Assembly (NCBI GenBank): GCA_964016885.1
Contig: OZ024765.1
Span: 14,384,001-14,448,000 of the forward strand
Source: Eledone cirrhosa
Lineage: Eukaryota
DNA length: 64,000 nt
Direction: 5' to 3'
The notes beneath the pieces are model-generated. The model saw only the letters and a program-made list of their open reading frames with translations, searched no databases and was not told the DNA's origin. Below are positions 1 through 13,859 of the stretch, piece after piece; within the stretch, counting starts at the first letter, position 1, and each line of letters starts with the position of its first letter. Made by a program: the position numbers and the translations under genes.

Positions 1-6
1 GTATGG

Positions 7-53
<47 letters not shown>

Positions 54-313
54 GTATTATATAACATATATTACGACACAATAGGATACCTTTGTATATA
101 GGTTATAAATACTATATACATATACATATATATATATATATATATATTACACACTATACACTCACACACACACGTGTATATATATATATATATATATATA
201 CATATATGAAAAGTTATTTTATCAATAGCATATGACAAATCTGTTATATATGCATATATACACGCATTCTGTATATATGTATATATATATATATATATAT
301 ACATATATATACA

Positions 314-362
<49 letters not shown>

Positions 363-397
363 TATACATTATATGTATATATATACATATATATACA

Positions 398-444
<47 letters not shown>

Positions 445-498
445 TATACATTTTTACACACACACACACACATATATGTATCTATCTCTATATATACA

Positions 499-625
499 TT
501 GGGGAAAATCGACTAACTTTTTAAATTGCATTTGTGATAACATTTTACACGTTTTTATTGTATGTAAACTTCCCCCTTTGTATTTGTCCCCTTCTTTTGT
601 GCCCCTGTGGCTAATAAAGAAATAT
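499..625 (+). mobile_element. 3' end of Tx1/L1-like LINE
   Basis: Ends cccctgtggctAATAAAgaaa plus microsatellite. Near-identical reverse copies at 12560-12690 and 37255-37315. Confidence 0.7.
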
Positions 626-648
626 ATCTATATATATATATATATACA

Positions 649-690
<42 letters not shown>

Positions 691-887
691 GGTAGATAGA
701 TGTAGGTGTATGTGTATGTGTATGAGATAATGTATGTATGTATGTGTGTGTGTGTATATATATATGTGTGTGTCCGTATGTATGCATGTTTTTTTTTTCT
801 CGTGCAATGGCCATACTCGATAACGAGGGGGCAGCCATCATCATGTTTGTATGTATGTATGTATGTATGTATGTATGTGTGTGTGTA

Positions 888-1172
888 TCTTGGTTAGGAG
901 AGTGGGACTGGCTTTGTGCAGTGCCTTTGCTCACTATAAAAGCTTCACGGCACAGGCATTGCTTTATATCTGGCGATCTCTCTGCACTTGTCGTCACATG
1001 GTACCATGGGCCCAGCACTATGTGTCAATAATTGTCACAAGTGTAGTGTTTGTACCAGAGATTTCAAGTCGCTGGCTGGACTAAAAAGTCACACTCGTTC
1101 AGCGCATCGGTTGGGGTTCTCCTACATGGATATAAAGTAGTGGCCGTACTCGAAAACGAGTTGGCAGCCACC

Positions 1173-1203
<31 letters not shown>

Positions 1204-1545
1204 TGTATGTATGTATGTATGTATGTATGTATGACTTGTTCTTCTTTTTGGTAAATATCATCTTGGTTAAGAGAGTGGGACTGGCTTTGTGCAGTGCCTT
1301 TGCTCACTATAAAAGCTTCACGGCACAGGCATTGCTTTATATCTGGAGATCTCTCTGCACTTGTCGTCACATGGTACCATGGGCCCAGCACTATGTGTCA
1401 ATAATTGTCACAAGTGTAGTGTTTGTACCAGAGTTTTCAAGTCGCTGGCTGGACTAAAAAGTCACACTCGTTCAGCCCATCGGTAGGGGTTCTCCTACAT
1501 GGATATAAAGTAGTGGCCGTACTCGAAAACGAGTTGGCAGCCACC

Positions 1546-1576
<31 letters not shown>

Positions 1577-1916
1577 TGTATGTATGTATGTATGTATGTA
1601 TGACTTGTTCTTCTTTTTGGTAAATATCATCTTGGTTAAGAGAGTGGGACTGGCTTTGTGCAGTGCCTTTGCTCACTATAAAAGCTTCACGGCACAGGCA
1701 TTGCTTTATATCTGGAGATCTCTCTGCACTTGTCGTCACATGGTACCATGGGCCCAGCACTATGTGTCAATAATTGTCACAAGTGTAGGGTTTGTACCAG
1801 AGTTTTCAAGTCGCTGGCTGGACTAAAAAGTCACACTCGTTCAGCGCATCGGTAGGGGTTCTCCTACATGGATATAAAGTAGTGGCTGTACTCGAAAACG
1901 AGTTGGCAGCCACCAT
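888..1916 (+). mobile_element. Three tandem 5'-truncated copies (~369-bp period) of a non-autonomous RTE-derived element, separated by (TATG)n
   Basis: Units start at ~888, 1232 and 1601. Each ends gtactcgaaaacgagttggcagccaccat-(GTAT)n. Longer copy at 23198-23782, another copy at 34561-34875. Confidence 0.8.
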
Positions 1917-1980
1917 GTATGTATATATGTGTGTGAGTGTGTGTGTATGTGTGTGTGTATATACACACACACACACGCAT

Positions 1981-2073
<93 letters not shown>

Positions 2074-2161
2074 GACGTATATATTTCCGCGTCTGATTCA
2101 GTGGTCTTTTCCAAAATCCGAAGCCGACTATCATATGGGAAATTCTGCAATACGATCGACT

Positions 2162-2220
<59 letters not shown>

Positions 2221-3109
2221 CATACATATATATATATATACATACATACATACATATACATACATACATATATATATGTATGTATATATATATATGTATA
2301 CATATATACACATATGTATACGTACAGACACATACATACGTACATACACACATACTTACATATACACACATGTATGCATGTAAATATGTATGCATATACT
2401 TACGTAGACCCACATACACACACACATATATATAAATATATATATATATATATTCACACAAACATAGCTAAGTATATACATATGTACACACATACATATA
2501 TGAATGTATACATACATACATATATACATGTGTACATACATACACACGCTAACGAACGCTGACAAACGCCATACATATATATAGACACACATACAAGCGC
2601 ACAGTGACACACACACACTGGTATTCACACACGCACACACACACACTGACACGCGCACACACTGGCATTCACACGCACACATATATACACATTCACACAC
2701 ACACACACACTGGCATTCACACACGCACATACATACACTCACACATTCACACACACACACACTGGCATTCACACACGCACATACACACACACTGACACTC
2801 ACACGCGCACACACTGGCATTCACACCCACACACGCACACACACATTAAGAAACATTCACACACACACAGAGCAGAAACAAAGATTCACACGCACACAGA
2901 CAGACAGACAGACAGACATTCACACGCACACCCACATTCATACACTCACACACACATATAGACAAACAATCACACACACACACAGACACAGATAGACAGA
3001 CAATCACACAGACACACAGAGACAATCACAGACACACACAATCACATACACACACAGACAATCACACACGCACACAGACAATCATACATACACACACACA
3101 CACAGTCAA

Positions 3110-3152
<43 letters not shown>

Positions 3153-4879
3153 CGCGAGCATGTATGTTTAATAAATACACAAGGCTAAAGAAAGAGAGGC
3201 ATCCTTTCGAAGATAACACACACACATATATATATATATACACACACATAATATATACCCAATTATATATACATGTTTGTCTGTGTGTCATTGCATAATT
3301 AGGAAATAATGCCGGGGTATGTCAAATTATCGTACACATAGATATATATATATATATATACACACACGTATATGTGTTTATACACGCGTATATATATATA
3401 TGTATATTACACACACACACACGCATACATACATACATACATACATATATATATATAGAGAGAGAGAGACACACATGTAAACACGCGCACACACATAAAT
3501 AAATACACACACATACATGTTTATGTAATCTTATATACACTGTCAACGTATACACCCCCACACACACATATGTGTGTATATATAATTATATACACACTGA
3601 CAACATATACACACACATGCACACTGACAACATATACACACACATGCACACTGACAACATATACACACACATGCACACTGACAACGTAAACACACACACA
3701 TATACACACACAATGTATATATATATATATACACGCTGACACATATATATATATATACATATACACACACATATAATGTGTGTGCATATATAATTATATA
3801 CACTCACTGACAAGCTACCGAAACATTGAACAAAAGCAGAAGAAAACGGAACGAAAATCAGATAATATTTCAGTGGAAACTACTATATACGCACATATAT
3901 ATACACACATGCATACATATATGTATATATACACAAACATATATACACATCAATAGATCTATAAATATATATTATATACACTACTTACGCCACTTTAAAC
4001 ATACAGCTGTTCATTTTAGCCATTCTGGCTGAATTTTTCTATTTAAGCAAGATCCAGTGTTTATAATGTTCACATATATGTTGTATATATGTATATATAT
4101 ATGTATATATACCCACACAACAATGATGTCGTCTGCCCAGATCGTAGTAATCTAGTTATGTTTCATTATACATCCGTAGTAGATGTGGTGGGAGGAAGGG
4201 GAGGTGGTGAGTGGTAATAGTGAGGGGGAGAGTGAGAGGGGAGTGGGGGTGAGGGAGGGAGAGTGGTGAGGGAAGAGTCGTGGGAATGTGGGAGGGTAGG
4301 TAGTGGGAGGTGGAGTGAAGATTTGAGTGGAAAGTGGTTGTTTTGAGTTTGTATTCATCAGTGAGGCAGAGAGAAAGAAAGAAGTGGAAGGGAGGGATGA
4401 ATAGATAGAGAGAGAGAGAGAAGGAAAGGGAGAGACAGGAATAGACGCAAAGAGAGAGAGAAGAAAAGAGGGAAGAAGAAACAGACAGACAGACGGAGTA
4501 AGAGAGTGATATATATATATATATAGAGAGAGAGAGCGAGAAAGAGAGGTATATAGAAACGCGAGTAGAAAAATAGAAAGAATGTCAAAAGTTGTAAAAC
4601 GTTTTGATTTTCTGTTATATACAACATTGTTATATATATATATACACACATACATAATGTGAAATATATATATATATATACAACATTGTTTTATATATAT
4701 ATATATACACACAAGGTTATATATATATATATATATACACAACATTGTTTTATATATATATATATATACACATAATGTTATATATATATATATATATATA
4801 TACAACCACAATGTTATATATATATACAACATTGTTATATATATATACACATAACAATATTATATATATAACATTGTTA

Positions 4880-4913
<34 letters not shown>

Positions 4914-4974
4914 GACACACGGTTTACTGTGTTTCTTACTATATATTATATATATATATATATATTGTTGTGTG

Positions 4975-5009
<35 letters not shown>

Positions 5010-5138
5010 CAATGCTATATATATATATATATATAGCATTGTTGTGTGTTGTCCCAAGCCTTGGGACATTGTTATGTCCCAAGGCTCTGATACCATCGAC
5101 ACCATAGACACAGAGCCGGCATATCTAAGAACTGACTA

Positions 5139-5194
5139 ACTGCCTGATGAGGGCATAGCCATTCAATGGCTATCATCGAAAGATATATAGCAGT
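5139..5194 (+). ncRNA. Type I hammerhead ribozyme motif (family A)
   Basis: ACTGC-CTGATGA-gggcATAGCC attcaat GGCTATcatc-GAAA-gatataTA-GCAGT. Stem I ACTGC/GCAGT; stem III short and imperfect. Mirror copy on minus strand at 5955-6010. Confidence 0.75.
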
Positions 5195-5235
5195 AAATAA
5201 AGGATTATGAGTTCATGTAATTGACTTATGTTTCG

Positions 5236-5277
<42 letters not shown>

Positions 5278-5653
5278 GAAGTTCTATTTAAATTGTTGGG
5301 ATACATCAAGCAAATATTTTTAGAACTGATATAAAGCACTCAACAAATTATTGGAGTAAAAATACGATATATTAACAAATGGAAACTATATTTATAAAAC
5401 CATATTTATTTCATTATAAATATTTCAAGGACACCAAGTTAAATTATGGTGTGCTTTCATCAGATAAAATATAATATAGACCAGTTTTATAAATAAATAT
5501 TGACATACACTTAAAGAATGTGGAAGCATTGACATACCCTTAAAGAATGTTGGAAGCTCCCAGATAGTGATAGACTATCCGGGAGCTTCCAACAGAAATG
5601 GTCGCATTCTTTAAGGATATGTCAATTTTTATTTATAAAACTGGTCTATATTA

Positions 5654-5718
5654 TATTTTATCTGATGAAAGCACACCATAATTTAACTTGGTGTCCTTGA
5701 AATATGTATAATGAAATA
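5654..5718 (+). ncRNA. Type I hammerhead ribozyme motif (family B)
   Basis: TATTTTAT-CTGATGA-AAGcACACCA taatttaact TGGTGTcCTT-GAAA-tatgtaTA-ATGAAATA. Mirror copy on minus strand at ~5406-5471. Confidence 0.78.
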
Positions 5719-5847
5719 AATATGGTTTTATAAATATAGTTTCCATTTGTTAATATATCGTATTTTTACTCCAATAATTTGTTGAGTGCTTTATATCAGT
5801 TCTAAAAATATTTGCTTGATGTATCCCAACAATTTAAATAGAACTTC

Positions 5848-5913
<66 letters not shown>

Positions 5914-6112
5914 CGAAACATAAGTCAATTGCATGAATTCATAATCCTTTATTTACTGCTATATATCTTTCGATGATAGCCATTGAATGGCTATGACCTC
6001 ATCAGGCAGTTAGTCAGTTCTTAGATATACCAGCTCTGTGTTTATGGTGTTGATGGTATCAGAGCCTTGGGACATAACAATGTCCCAAGCCTTGGGACAA
6101 CACACAACAATG

Positions 6113-6157
<45 letters not shown>

Positions 6158-6243
6158 GAGATTATATTTAATTTGTTGGGATTCAACAAGCTTAAACATT
6201 TTTATAACTAATACAAAACACTCAACAAGTTAGTGGAGTAAAT

Positions 6244-6587
6244 ATACAATATATTAATAAATGGAAACTATATTTATAAAACCATAATTATTTTATTATA
6301 TATATTTCAAGGGCAACCAAGGCAAATTATGGTGCGCTTTCATCAGATAAAATACAGATTTGTTTTATAAATAACTATTGACATACCCGGAAAAAAGACA
6401 ACCTTAACCCCAGTGAATTTCAACCGTTGAGGTTGTCTTTTTTCCGGGTATGTCAATATTTATTTATAAAACAAATCTGTATTTTATCTGATGAAAGCGC
6501 ACCATAATTTGCCTTGGTTGCCCTTAAAATATGTATAATAAAATAAATATGGTTTTATAAATATAGTTTCCATTTATTAATATATTG

Positions 6588-6590
<3 letters not shown>
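6244..6590. mobile_element. Second palindromic Penelope-like pLTR insertion (family B)
   Basis: Arms 6244-6405 and 6425-6590 are reverse complements. The minus arm has an intact hammerhead core (~6290-6354); the plus arm (6480-6545) has lost the G of GAAA. Confidence 0.75.
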
Positions 6591-6644
<54 letters not shown>

Positions 6645-6721
6645 GATATATTAATAAATGGAAACTATATTTATAAAACCATATTTATTTATATATATAT
6701 ATACACACACACAAAACAATG

Positions 6722-6762
<41 letters not shown>

Positions 6763-6797
6763 ACAATGCTATATATATACACACACACACAAAAATG

Positions 6798-6828
<31 letters not shown>

Positions 6829-6873
6829 CACACACACAACAATGCTATATATATATACACACACACAAAAATG

Positions 6874-6904
<31 letters not shown>

Positions 6905-7089
6905 CACACACACAACAATGCTATATATATATATATATATATACAACACTGCTGTATACATATATACAACAATGCTAGGGGGAGGGGGGAGAGAAGGATA
7001 CAATGTGGTAGAGAGACAATAGGGAGGGAAGGAAGAGGTAAGTTGTTGAAGGAGGAGAATGTGGGAGAGGGAGAGAGAGAGAGTAGCAA

Positions 7090-7725
7090 TTTATGAGGGA
7101 GGGAGTGAGGGAGTGAGTGAGAGAGGAGAGAGTGAGAGAGGAGGAGGAGGAGAGAGTGAGAGAGGAGGAGGAGAGTGATTGAGTGAGTGAGAGGAGGAGA
7201 GTGAGTGAGTGAGAGGAGGAGAGTGAGTGAGTGAGAGGAGAGTGAGTGAGTGAGAGGAGGAGAGTGAGTGAGTGAGAGGAGGAGAGTGAGTGAGAGGAGG
7301 AGAGTGAGTGAGTGAGAGGAGGAGAGTGAGTGAGTGAGAGGAGGAGGAGAGTGAGTGAGAGGAGGAGGAGAGTGAGAGGAGGAGGAGAGTGAGTGAGAGG
7401 AGGAGGAGGAGACAGTGAGTGAGAGGAGGATGAGGAGACAGTGAGTGAGAGGAGGAAGAGGAGACAGTGAGTGAGAGGAGAGAGAGTGAGAGGAGGAGAG
7501 AGTGTGAAAGGAGGAGAGAGTGAGAGGAAGAGAGTGAGAGGAGGAGAGAGTGAGAAGGGGAGAGAGTGAGGAGGAGAGAGTGAGAGGAAGAGAGTGAGAG
7601 GAGGAGAGAGTGAGAAGGGGAGAGAGTGAGGATGAGAGTGTGGGGAGGGTGGTGAGAGTGTGGAGTGTGGAGAGGGGAGATGAGAGTGTGGGGAGGGGGG
7701 ATGAGAGTGTGGGGAGTGAGGAGGG
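7090..7725. repeat. Purine-rich (GAG/GAGT/GA)n compound microsatellite
   Basis: Direct inspection. Confidence 0.9.
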
Positions 7726-8029
7726 AGGGAAATTGAAGTGTGAAGGAATGCCACCGTGTGTATGTATGTGTGTGTATATGTATATGTATGCACACGTGTG
7801 TATATGTATGCACATGTGTGTATATGTATGCACACGTGTGTATATGTATGCACATGTGTGTATATGTATGCACACATGTGTGTATATGTATGCACACATG
7901 TGTGTATATGTATGCACATGTGTGTATATATATATATGCACGCGTGTGTATATGTTTATATAAAGGAACACGAGAGAGCATATGTTAGTGTGTCTGTGTA
8001 TCAAATTGATCTTATCGATTGTGTGTGTG

Positions 8030-8086
<57 letters not shown>

Positions 8087-8257
8087 ATACATATACATGT
8101 GAGATAGCGTATATGTATGTATATATGTATCTTTACATGTATGTTTATATGTATCTATACATATATATATATATATTTATATATGCATCTATCTACCTAT
8201 ATATATATATGTATGTATGTATGTATATATGTGATGTGTATATATATATCTATATAT

Positions 8258-8315
<58 letters not shown>

Positions 8316-8424
8316 ATATATATGTGTATATATATGTGTGTGCATATATATATATATATACACAGACATATATACATCTCTTTCTCTATATATATATACA
8401 CACACATATATACATCTCCCTCTC

Positions 8425-8474
<50 letters not shown>

Positions 8475-8496
8475 CGGAACAAGTAAACATTATATT

Positions 8497-8675
8497 GGAT
8501 TGTCAGTATCGGTAGAGGGTCGGACGCCATGCTTTGACGCATAGAGTTACGGCCCTTCCCATTCTGAGTTCAAATCCCGCCGAGGTTAACTTTGCCTTTC
8601 ATCCTTACGGGGTCGATAACATAAAGTACCAGTAATACACTGGGTAATTGCTGGCCTTGTGCCAAAAGTAGAAAC

Positions 8676-8680
<5 letters not shown>
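8497..8680 (+). mobile_element. tRNA-derived SINE family 1 (Meta-domain-like core, AAT tail), representative copy
   Basis: A-box-like tggcagtatcgg, B-box gagttcaaatcc, core gcctttcatcc..ggggtcgataaaataaagtaccag. About 30 copies in the window (e.g. 13490-13675, 27162-27540, 39770-40140, 43775-44160, 45600-45782, 56203-56395, 62785-63720). Confidence 0.85.
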
Positions 8681-8712
<32 letters not shown>

Positions 8713-8841
8713 TATATTTACGTGAGTGCAGCTTGGTTGTGTTTGGTTAGTAGCTAAGGGCAGATAACTCTCAGTTACAAACATCACAGGAGTTTTAAAA
8801 AACTAAAATAATACCATTTGCTCGTGATAGATAACATTATA

Positions 8842-9640
8842 ACGATGATGATGATGGTGGTGGTGGTGGTGGTGGTGGTGGTGGTGGTGTTGATGGTGGT
8901 GGTGGTTATGATGGTGATAGTGATGGTGGTGGTGGTGGTGGTGGTGGTGTTGATGGTGGTGGTGGTGATGATGATGATGGTGGTGGTGGTGGTGGTGATG
9001 GTGGTGGTGGTGTCGGTGATGGTGGTGGTGGTGGTGGTGGTGGTGGTGGTGGTGGTGGTGATGGTTGTGGTGATAGTGATGGTGGTGGTGGTGATGATAA
9101 TGGTGATGATGGTGGTAATGGTGGTGTTGGTGGTGGTGGTGGTGGTGGTGGTGGTGATGGTGGTGGTGATAGTGGTGGTGATAGTGATGGTGGTGGTGGT
9201 GATGATAATGGTGATGATGGTGGTAATGGTGGTGATGCTGGTGGTGGTGGTGGTGGTGGTGATGGTGGTGGTGATAGTGATGGTGGTGGTGGTGATGATA
9301 ATGGTGATGATGGTGGTAATGGTGGTGATGCTGGTGGTGGTGGTGGTGGTGGTGATGGTGGTGGTGATAGTGATGGTGGTGGTGGTGATGATAATGGTGA
9401 TGATGGTGGTAATGGTGGTGATGCTGGTGGTGTTGGTGATGGTGGTGGTGATAATGGTGATGATGGTGGTAATGGTGGTGATGATGGTGGTGGTGGTGAT
9501 GATTAGGATGATGATGGTGGTAATGGTGGTGATGATGGTGGTGGTGGTGGTGATGATGATGATGATGGTAATGATGGTGATGATAATGATTGGTTGTGAT
9601 GATGATGATGATGATGGTGATGATGGTGATGATAATGAGA
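8842..9640. repeat. (GGT/GAT)n trinucleotide array
   Basis: Direct inspection; source of the poly-His and poly-Val ORFs. Confidence 0.9.
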
Positions 9641-9702
9641 AGGAGTAAGTGGATGAATGATGAAGGCAACATCCAAAGCTAATACCACTACCAACACTAC
9701 TA

Positions 9703-9743
<41 letters not shown>

Positions 9744-10047
9744 GGCAGTGTAATGGTGCTACAGAGATGGAGGCGGTTGTGGTGATGGTGGGGGTGATGC
9801 TGAAGGCATAACTTGTCATGTCTTTCTCTCTGTTTTGCTACGTACTAATGTGTACTGGAACGACCAGTATTGACCTTAATAACCGAAACCGTAGTGATTT
9901 CAAGAGGTTCACTGAGGAGTAGGGAATGTCTCTCTTTCCGCTGATTTTTCCATTATCTTTGACCCGGGCGCCAGGTTTCTTGAATGAATATATATATATA
10001 CACACATACATATAAATACATACATACATGCATACATATAAATACAT

Positions 10048-10101
<54 letters not shown>

Positions 10102-10929
10102 GAACACATATAATACAATAGAACAAATGATTTATTTTTTATAGTTCTTCATCCCATGTAACCTCCACCAAGACAACCATCACCATCACCTGCACCACCA
10201 AGACCTTCACCACTACCACCACCACCACCACCACCACCACCATCAACACAACCACCACCACCACCACCATCAACACAACCATCACCACCACCACCACCAC
10301 CATCAACACAACCACCACCACCACCACCACCACCACCACCAAGACAACCATCACCGCCACCACCACCACCAAGACAACCATCACCATCACCGCCACCACC
10401 ACCACCATCACCACCACCACCACCATCACCACCACCACCACTACCATCACCATATGTGTGTTTGTGTGTGCGTATGTGTGTTTGTGTGTGCATGCATGTA
10501 TGTGTATGTGTGTTTGTGTGTATGCATGTATGTGTATGTATGTATGTGTATGTGTATGTGTGTGTGCATGCATGTATGTGTATGTATGTGTGTATGTGTG
10601 TTTGTGTGTGTGTGTGTGTGTATGTGTGTTTGTGTGTGTGCGTGTGTGTGTGTGTGTGCATGCATGTATGTGTATGTGTGTGTGTGTATGTGTGTTTGTG
10701 TGTGTGTATGCATGCATGTGTATGTGTGTGCATGCATGTATGTGTATGTGTGTGTGTATGTGTTTGTGTGTGTGTGTATGCATGCATGTGTATGTATGTA
10801 TGTATGTATGTATGTATGTATGTGTATGTGTGTGTGTGTGTGCATGCATGCATGTATGTATGTGTGTGATGCAATCACTTGTCCGTTTAACGAAGTACTT
10901 GGTGTACTGGAGTCACTCAATTTCGCCGC

Positions 10930-11850
10930 TACTGCTACTACTACCACCACTACCACTACTACTGCTACTACTACCACCACTACCACCACTACTTCTACTA
11001 CTACCACCACTACCACTACTACTGCTGCTACTACCACAACTACTACCACCACTACTACTACTACAGCTGTTACTACCACCACTACTACTACTGCTACTAC
11101 TATCACTCTACAGCTACTACTACCACCACCACTACCACTACCACCACCACCACCACCACTACTACCACCACTACCACAACCACCACCACTCTACAATCAC
11201 CACCACTATTACCACCACCAATACCACTATTACCACCATAACTCCAACACCACCACTACTACCACCACCACTACCACTACCACCACTATTACCACCATAA
11301 CTCCAACACTACCACTACTACCACCACCAATACCACTACTACCACCACTACCACCATAACTCCAACACTACCACTACTACCACAATAACTCCAACACTAC
11401 CACTACTACCACCATAACTCCAACACTACCACTACTACCACCACCAATACCACTACTACCACCACTACCACCATAACTCCAACACCACCACTATTACCAC
11501 CATAACTCCAACACTACCACTACTACCACCACTACCACCACTACCACCATAACTCCAACACTACCACCACTACCACCACCACTACCACCATAACTCCAAC
11601 ACCACCACTATTACCACCATAACTCCAACACTACCACTACTACCACCACTACCACCACTACCACCATAACTCCAACACTACCACTACTACCACCACTACC
11701 ACCACTACCACCATAACTCCAACACTACCACTACTACCACCACTACCACCACTACCACCATAACTCCAACACTACCACTACTACCACCACTACCACCACT
11801 ACCACCATAACTCCAACACTACCACTACTACCACCACTACCACTACTACC
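10930..11850. repeat. (CTA/CCA)n array with recurring accataactccaacac core
   Basis: Core recurs more than 10 times between 11235 and 11820. Confidence 0.9.
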
Positions 11851-12029
11851 AGAACACTTGACTACTACACTACAGAATGACGTCGTTCTGTTAGTAGACG
11901 AAGTTCTTACAACCGCTCCTTCCAAAATGGAACAGAAGATATAATGGATCTGTTGTATCATGGAAGGTTCCGGAATATGTGAGACAGTGGGGGATATTGT
12001 GTTGGTCAGGATGGAGAGACCATAGAGTC

Positions 12030-12081
<52 letters not shown>

Positions 12082-12083
<2 letters not shown>

Positions 12084-12526
12084 TTCTTTATTAGCCACAA
12101 GGGCGCAACAAGAAAGGGGACAATACAAAGACATGCCGGGGATTTTACATACAGTCGTGTAAAAAATATAAAAACAAACAATTTCAACAATCGAAATCCC
12201 CAATAGGGGGGAGGCGCCACAAATGGGTTGTTTAATACCCCCGTCGATAGAACAACCCTCAACTCAAGGAGCGTGCAAGTGCTCCTTTCTTCCTTTTGCT
12301 CTCTTCCTCAACCTACAGGCTTATAAACAGAGAAGGCCCAATCACTCGGGCCATTTTCGCTTCATTCACCCACCTTTCAGTAAATTTACTGGGGTGCAGT
12401 GCCTCTCTCTCCACCCTGATTCTCCTTCTAAAGTGATACTTAAAGAAGGGAATCAATTGTTGTCCGGAGAGAAAGGCATCTGTCCTCAGTCCTCTCAATC
12501 TTGTCCACCATATAATCTCTTTTACC

Positions 12527-12561
<35 letters not shown>

Positions 12562-13103
12562 TGTTTCTTTATTAGCCACAGGGGCACAAAAGAAGGGGAC
12601 AAATACAAAGGGGGAAGTTTACATACAATAAAAACGTGTAAAATGTTATCACAGATGGAATTTAAAAGTTAGTCGATTTTCCCCAATAGAGGGAGACAGT
12701 TTATATGGGTAACACAGACCCCCGAAAAAAATGTGCAACCCTCATCTCCAGGAGTACGAAGAGCTTGTACTCCTTTCCTCTCCTCCTCCTTTTCCTCAAC
12801 CTACAGGCTGATATAGAGAGAAGGCCCATTCACTCGGGCCATTCTCGCCACTTTCACCCAACTTTCATAAAACCTGCTGGGGTACAGCACCTCTCTCTCC
12901 ATCCCGACTCTTCTTCCAAAGGGGTATTTAAAAAAAAAGAATCAGTTGTTGGCCGGAGAGAAAGGTGTCTGACCTCAGCCCTTTCAACCTTGTCCACCAT
13001 ACAACCTCTTTCGCCATAGCTATCACACAAAGGAAAACCGCCTCTCCTTCGTTTTTGAAGGTAACGATGGTCAACCCTATCGAAAGCCTTAGACTGATCC
13101 AAG
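12082..13103 (-). mobile_element. Two adjacent Tx1/L1-like LINE 3' fragments
   Basis: Minus-strand peptides FFKYHFRRRIRVEREALHPSKFTERWV (ORF2 C-terminus) and LDQSKAFDRVDHRYL (RT motif). AATAAA plus (ATCT)n tails. Confidence 0.75.
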
Positions 13104-13171
13104 ATAGATAGATAGATAGGTAGGTAGAGAGAGTGATATATATATATATATATATATATTATAGAGAGATA

Positions 13172-13215
<44 letters not shown>

Positions 13216-13257
13216 GAGATGGATACACACACACATTATATATATATATTAAATATA

Positions 13258-13432
13258 TCGGAAAAGAGTCAGGCTGAGCTCCGGCCGTTTCGACAGCTAG
13301 GTCTGAGTTCAGACGGAGCTCAGCCGTCGGGGTCCTGACTCTTTTCCTATTACCCACCCTACTACCCTAAGTATCGAGTACTCTGGTACGTTATAGTCCA
13401 CCTGGTATCTTACCCCACTTCCGTCGATATAT
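13258..13432 (+). mobile_element. Hairpin-headed ~190-bp element inserted in (TA)n (unclassified family)
   Basis: Related copies at 15340-15470, 15482-15632, 15853-16010 (minus), 39447-39640, 47077-47165 (minus) and 57481-57683. Confidence 0.7.
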
Positions 13433-13859
13433 AAGGTAGATTGATAGTTACATTGGTTGTTACTTCAATTATTAAGTACTATTAAATTAATTGTTTCTAC
13501 TTTAGGCACAAGGCCAGCAATTACCCAGTACATTACTGGTACTTTATTTTATCGACCCCGTAAGGATGAAAGGCAAAGTCAACCTCGGCGGGATTTGAAC
13601 TCAGATCGTAAAGGGACGTAACTATGCTGGAAAGCATGGCGTCCGACCCTCTACCGATACTGCCAATCCATCGCCCTTATAAGTACTATTAAATTAATAA
13701 ACTCTAATTATATTCCTTTAATATTTATTTAAGTCTAATATACGAGAATTATGTTTTAAGAGCCAAACTATTTACTACATGGTAACGCTCATCAAAATAT
13801 AGTTTAATCAGTTTCAAAGCCATAATTGAAGAGAACTACACCGACGTGCAACCAAGCAA

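Larger units (their letters stand above)
5035..6114. mobile_element. ~1.1-kb palindrome of Penelope-like pLTR sequence
   Basis: 5035-5545 is the reverse complement of ~5605-6114, with a small central hairpin (gttggaagctccc...gggagcttccaac). Contains four hammerhead motifs and lies in (TA)n. Confidence 0.8.

Noticed and set aside
8497-8590. tRNA gene suggested by A and B boxes
   Set aside because: No cloverleaf; it is the head of a multi-copy SINE.
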